From Candidatus Saccharimonadota bacterium (GTDB lineage Bacteria; Patescibacteriota; Gracilibacteria; BD1-5; UBA2023), in assembly GCA_046350815.1 (NCBI GenBank), contig JAXLZO010000001.1, positions 270,001 to 302,000 of the forward strand: a stretch of 32,000 nucleotides of DNA. Direction: 5' to 3'. The notes beneath the pieces were generated by a model, which ran no database searches, was not told the origin of the DNA, and was given only the letters and a program-made list of their open reading frames with translations. The position numbers and the translations under genes were made by a program. This document shows, piece by piece, positions 27,899-32,000 of this stretch. How positions within the stretch are numbered: the stretch's first letter is position 1; every line of letters starts with the position of its first letter.

Positions 27899-30800
27899 CT
27901 AGTAAGTACCAGCAGAGCGAGAGAATGAAGTAGAAGCTGGAAGACCAGTTCCGTTGTAAGACTTGATAGAAGTGATCGCTGAAGTAGCGTAGTCACCTTG
28001 CTCTTTGTCGAAGTAAGCAACATCATTAACTGAAGTGTTAATAGTGTTGTTATCACCAGTAGCAGTACCATCGAAGTCAGCAAGAATCGTAACAGTTTGA
28101 CCTGCGAGGATTTCAAGCTTTGTTGATTGTCCATTAACAGGAATAGCAAGACCATTTGTAGCACTTACAGCACCTGAAGAGATCATCTCAGATGTAGAAG
28201 CTGTTTCACCCTTATAGAGAGTTACAGTTCCAGTTGAAGAAGAAACGAAGAGATCTTTTACCATTACTGCGTCAGTACCATTGTTAGTAATAGTGAATTT
28301 CACCTTACCTGCACCAGCATCAGAGATAGAGATGCCAGCAGCAGCAACAACGAGCTTACCAGCAGTAATAAGATCAGCCTTAGTAAGAGTACCAGTTGAA
28401 GCAACACGTCAGCATCAGTAAGAACTATCAATTGAACCTTCAAGACGAGATCGCATTGATCTGCAAAACCATTTACATTTCCACCTTGAGCATCACGTCA
28501 CATCAACACCATTAGCATACACCAGCATTCAAGCTTAACATCTTAAGACCAGAATCACCAACACCAAGTTTTGCAATAGAAGCCTTAACAGAAAGCTCTG
28601 CATCAGTATTGCGAGCAACAATATATGAAGAATCAACGAAGTTGTTAAACTTAACGTTAATAGCAACTCCATTTGTTGTAAATAACTGTACCATAAGCAA
28701 CAACCTTACCAGCAGCATCTACGAGAGTAGGAGACTTGAATAAGACGAGCAAGCTGATTTATCAGCTTGCAGAACCACTCAGTGAACCACCTTAATTGAG
28801 CAAGAGAAAGATAGAGCTCCTTAACATAGAGAGATCATCATTTGTTGCACGAACACGAATTTACCAAGTTCAATAGAACATTTTGAGCATTACAAGAAGA
28901 TATCAGCAGCATCATCAGTAGAAACAGCAATATCAAGCTGCAGCATTTGATAGTGAGACCGTAGCCAGCAATAGTTGCATTTGAAACAACAACATTGTTA
29001 CCATTTACATCAGATACATTTGATCAGTCTTGCGAGTCAACAGTTGTAATCTTTCACCATTTGCAAATCGAGGAAGAGCAGTCTTGAGCTCGATAGTTGC
29101 AGCCTTGAAGACTTTTCTACCTTGAATGTAGAGAATGAGCAACAGTTCCAGTATCAGCATCTACCTACAGTAGAAGCTTGGCAACAGAAGCAACCTACGA
29201 GAGTACCATTGATGTAGAGAGCAACCGTGAAGATCCTTAAGTTTATCTGCAGTACCAGAAGCAGTTCAACTGAAGTTGCAGCAAATCGACTCAGAAGTAA
29301 CAGTAATGTCAGAAACATCATTGTTATTGAGAGTATACTTGAGGAAGAGAGATTCTTCGCACCACCTACTACTTTGAAGCAACTGGAGATTGTTTGAAAT
29401 AGTAACACCTGCACCCTTAACAGTTACCTTAATAGGAGAGAGATCCACTTGCATCAGTTCAACCTTACGATCTGAAGAAGTATAACGAATATCGTTACCT
29501 AATGCTGCATTACCAGTTGCAAGAGATACAGTCAGCAAGTTGGAATGAACCAGAAGCAGCATCAGCACGAACATCAGCAGTAACAGTGAAGTCACTTGTA
29601 CCAGCATCAACAACAAATGATTGCGTTGATAGTATAACTCAAGAGGTGACACCAGCTGTAAATTGAGCTTGAACCATCAACACTAATTGATTGACCAGCA
29701 ATATTTACACGAATACTTGTCTGCATCAAGTTTTGCAAGAGCACCTGTAGTAAGAAGGTTCAAATGAGAGTAAGATCACGAAGCTTAACACCTTCCTTAG
29801 CAGTGATAGTACCCTTAGCAAGAATTACATCATTCTGACCAGCAGCAACATCAACATTAGCAGTATTTCCAACGTAGTGAGAGAGAAAGAGAACCAGCCT
29901 CTACTTAATGAATAGAAGATTTTCTTGCATCAACGTTGTAGTTGAAGCTTGTAGCAGCACGGTATCCAGTAGCAACTTCCTCAGCAATTACATGTTCTCA
30001 TTCGATTATCAAAATGAGAATTGAAGAGACATCATTTGTCTTTATCAATACCAGTAATATCACCCTTAAGTTGGTAATTTCGAGATGAGTTTGTGTAAGC
30101 AATAGTGTCATTCAACACGAATGTAAATATTACGACCATCAACAACAACATCAGAAGAAACCTTAGCACCAGTTACCTTAGAGTAGATTGCAAGATTTGC
30201 AAGGTACTTAACATCGAGGTTTTTTTCGTTGTAGAAGAGTAACATTCTTAAGAAGAACATCACGGCTACCAGAAGTTTTACACGGAATTCACCGAGAATA
30301 ACATCCTTTTCACCAGCCTTAACATCTTTTGAGTAGGTGCACTTACAGATTCAAAATCTACCTTGAGTAGTAGTATAGTTTGTAGTAACAAGAGTATTTG
30401 ATACAAGAGGGAATGCTGCAGTAAGAGTAGAAGCAGTAGAACAATATCCTTAGCAGCTACGATTGCAAAATTGTGTTGTGCACCAGATACACCAGGAGAT
30501 CGAAGCTTAACAATAAGATCGAGGGTTCCAGTTGTACCAGCCATAATCTTCCAAGCTGGAGTGAATGAAAGAGTAACAGTTTCATCTGAGTTTACAGAAG
30601 CTTGTGTAGTAACACGCTTACCGTTGTACTCGAACCAAACTGAATCAATTCCATCACGTTGACCAAGACCACCACGCTTCATCTTGATAGACTTGAGAGT
30701 CACATCAGAAGATGCAGCAGCAAATGAGTATTTACCAGCCTTGATTGTACCAACCTTTGGAACATATTGCATTCCCATAGCGTCGTTGCTGATAGTAAGA

Positions 30801-31483
30801 CCACCAGCAGTAACAACACCAGTTGATGTAGTTCCAGTAGAAGTAGTAGGAGGAGTTGTAGTTCCAGTTCCGTTTGTAGGAGGAGTTGTAGGTTCTACAG
30901 AATCCATAACAACAGACGATACCTTAAATGCTTCACCACGAGTAGCGTTTGCATTAGGGCGGAAATACTCACCATCCTTGATCGCACCGATCTCAACACC
31001 AGCGTTGATATAACCAGCAAGATCACCGATTGATGCAATATCCTTGAAGCTTGATGCCTTGTCAGAAGACTCAACACCGTTTGCAGCAAGAAGCATCTTA
31101 ACCATTTCAGCACGAGTTACCTTGTCAGTAGGACGGAATTTGTCAGCGTTAGCATTGACAAAACCTTCTGCTGCTGCAGTTTCGATAGCTGAACAAAGAT
31201 CACCGAGAGAAGGACCAACATCAGAGAATACATCTCCAACACAGTCGTACATCTCTACACCACTGAGCTTGACTGCAATTTTTGCAACCTCAGCACGAGT
31301 GATATTGTCACCAAGACGGTAGCCAGCTTCAGTCTGAGAGTTGATAACTCCAGCCTTCGCAAGCATATCCGCATATGTGAGGAACTCGCTTGCAGCACTA
31401 ACAGATGCAGTAGCACCCATTGCAGATGCAGCAATAGCAAGAACACTCACTGTAGAAGTAACTTTCTTGAAAAGATTACTCAT
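27899..31483 (-). pseudogene. SLH-domain S-layer-like surface protein gene with a frameshift-dense central region
   Basis: Signal peptide MSNLFKKVTSTVSVLAIAASAMGATASVSA. Three SLH-type units (..FRPTDKVTRAEMVKMLL.., ..YFRPNANATRGEAFKV..). Thr/Pro linker, then Ig-like repeat sequence. The frame is intact from 31483 to about 30441 and from about 28330 to 27899 (same phase at both ends). In between, sensible peptide keeps switching among all three frames. Confidence 0.6.
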
Positions 31484-31638
31484 AAAATGAGAACAGAAAA
31501 AAAAATAAAACACCTTTATCGAGAAGCTAGGCTTGTTGAAAAGCAGGCCCAAGAAGATAAAGTGCCGATTTGAACTTCGGCGAAGTTAAAGCTTTAACCT
31601 CTGTTTTGTTTTGTTACAAACAAAGCAAGAGGATACAA

Positions 31639-31666
31639 AGTATATTTCATAACTATTTTTTGTCAG
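31639..31666 (-). promoter_or_regulatory. putative promoter CTGACA-16-TATACT of the S-layer-like gene (~150-nt leader)
   Basis: Minus-strand hexamers at 31666-31661 and 31644-31639. The leader contains palindromes gttaaagctttaac and aacttcgccgaagtt. Confidence 0.4.
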
Positions 31667-31677
31667 AGTTCCAAACT

Positions 31678-31701
31678 GTCATTCCCGTGCAGACGGGAAT
31701 C
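31678..31701 (+). repeat. GTCAT-hairpin-ATC repeat, variant stem (copy 5)
   Basis: gtcatTCCCGtgcagaCGGGAatc. Same flanks, different compensated stem. Confidence 0.65.
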
Positions 31702-31717
31702 TTTGTAATGGATGGTA

Positions 31718-31741
31718 GATCCCCGCCTTCGCGAGGATGAC
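31718..31741 (-). repeat. GTCAT-hairpin-ATC repeat, variant stem (copy 6, inverted)
   Basis: The reverse complement reads gtcatCCTCGCgaagGCGGGGatc, with one imperfect pair. Confidence 0.6.
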
Positions 31742-32000
31742 AAATAATATTGAATAACCTTTATATCCTCTCGCCTCGTTGTATCAATAGAAACAGTGGG
31801 CAAAAGCAAAAGAAGTACAAAAAGTACCAAAAATCGAAATTTTCGTCGATGTTAAAGAACTAATTCTGTGGCTTCTTTTGCCTCAAAATGCCCCGCTATT
31901 ATATCCAAAGCGCCTTATCGTCAAATGATTTGTGAGTCTCTTCACTCTATATTCACATATTTTCTCCAGATTGTAGTCAAGTTTTGGCTAGTAGATGCTC

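Noticed and set aside
27899-27960. LPAST near the C-terminus of the S-layer-like protein as a sortase sorting signal
   Set aside because: No hydrophobic helix or basic tail follows it (only SFSRSAGTY). The protein already carries three N-terminal SLH anchoring domains.
1-32000. Reading the many TGA-interrupted genes as a genome full of pseudogenes, or as table 4 (UGA=Trp)
   Set aside because: The TGA positions coincide with invariant Gly residues (GroEL AGGGV and GGM tail, Walker A loops, ComM motifs), and TAA/TAG alone terminate the genes. Trp would not fit these columns.
31918-32000. Possible 3' end of a minus-strand gene running off the right edge (..NLTTIWRKYVNIE-G-RDSQII-G-R, TAA near 31918)
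   Set aside because: Only about 27 codons are visible and there is no recognisable motif, so it cannot be supported from this window.

Overview
About 32 kb from a low-GC, CPR-type bacterium that reads UGA as glycine (translation table 25: Absconditabacteria/SR1 or Gracilibacteria/BD1-5). The supplied standard-code ORF track breaks most genes at TGA. Reading TGA as Gly joins the fragments into about 35 intact genes, all ending in TAA or TAG. Left to right: a heat-shock cluster (groES, groEL, a YtxH-like gene, grpE); a DUF805 gene; rpmH-rnpA-ruvX-uppS; ftsX and membrane proteins; a Fur/Zur-like regulator with a ZIP metal transporter; sortase, rlmH, an ftsB/divIC-like gene and ssb; a sigma-70-region-4 plus HARE-HTH protein; tRNA-Thr, tRNA-Tyr and tRNA-Leu; rpmE. 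An envelope/accessory block follows. It holds a VirD4/TraG-like membrane ATPase with a triple TrbC/VirB2-like repeat protein, comM with two type IV minor-pilin-like genes, an RluA-family synthase, and a second paralogous ATPase with two secreted proteins of unknown function. Next is a ~0.9 kb non-coding region with two tandem small-ORF/antisense-sRNA modules built like par(Fst)-type type I toxin-antitoxin loci. Last is a large SLH-domain S-layer-like gene whose central ~2 kb is full of frameshifts. A GTCAT-hairpin-ATC repeat family is scattered through intergenic DNA. I saw no CRISPR array, transposase, integrase, reverse transcriptase or rRNA. All functional calls come from reading motifs by eye; no database search was possible.
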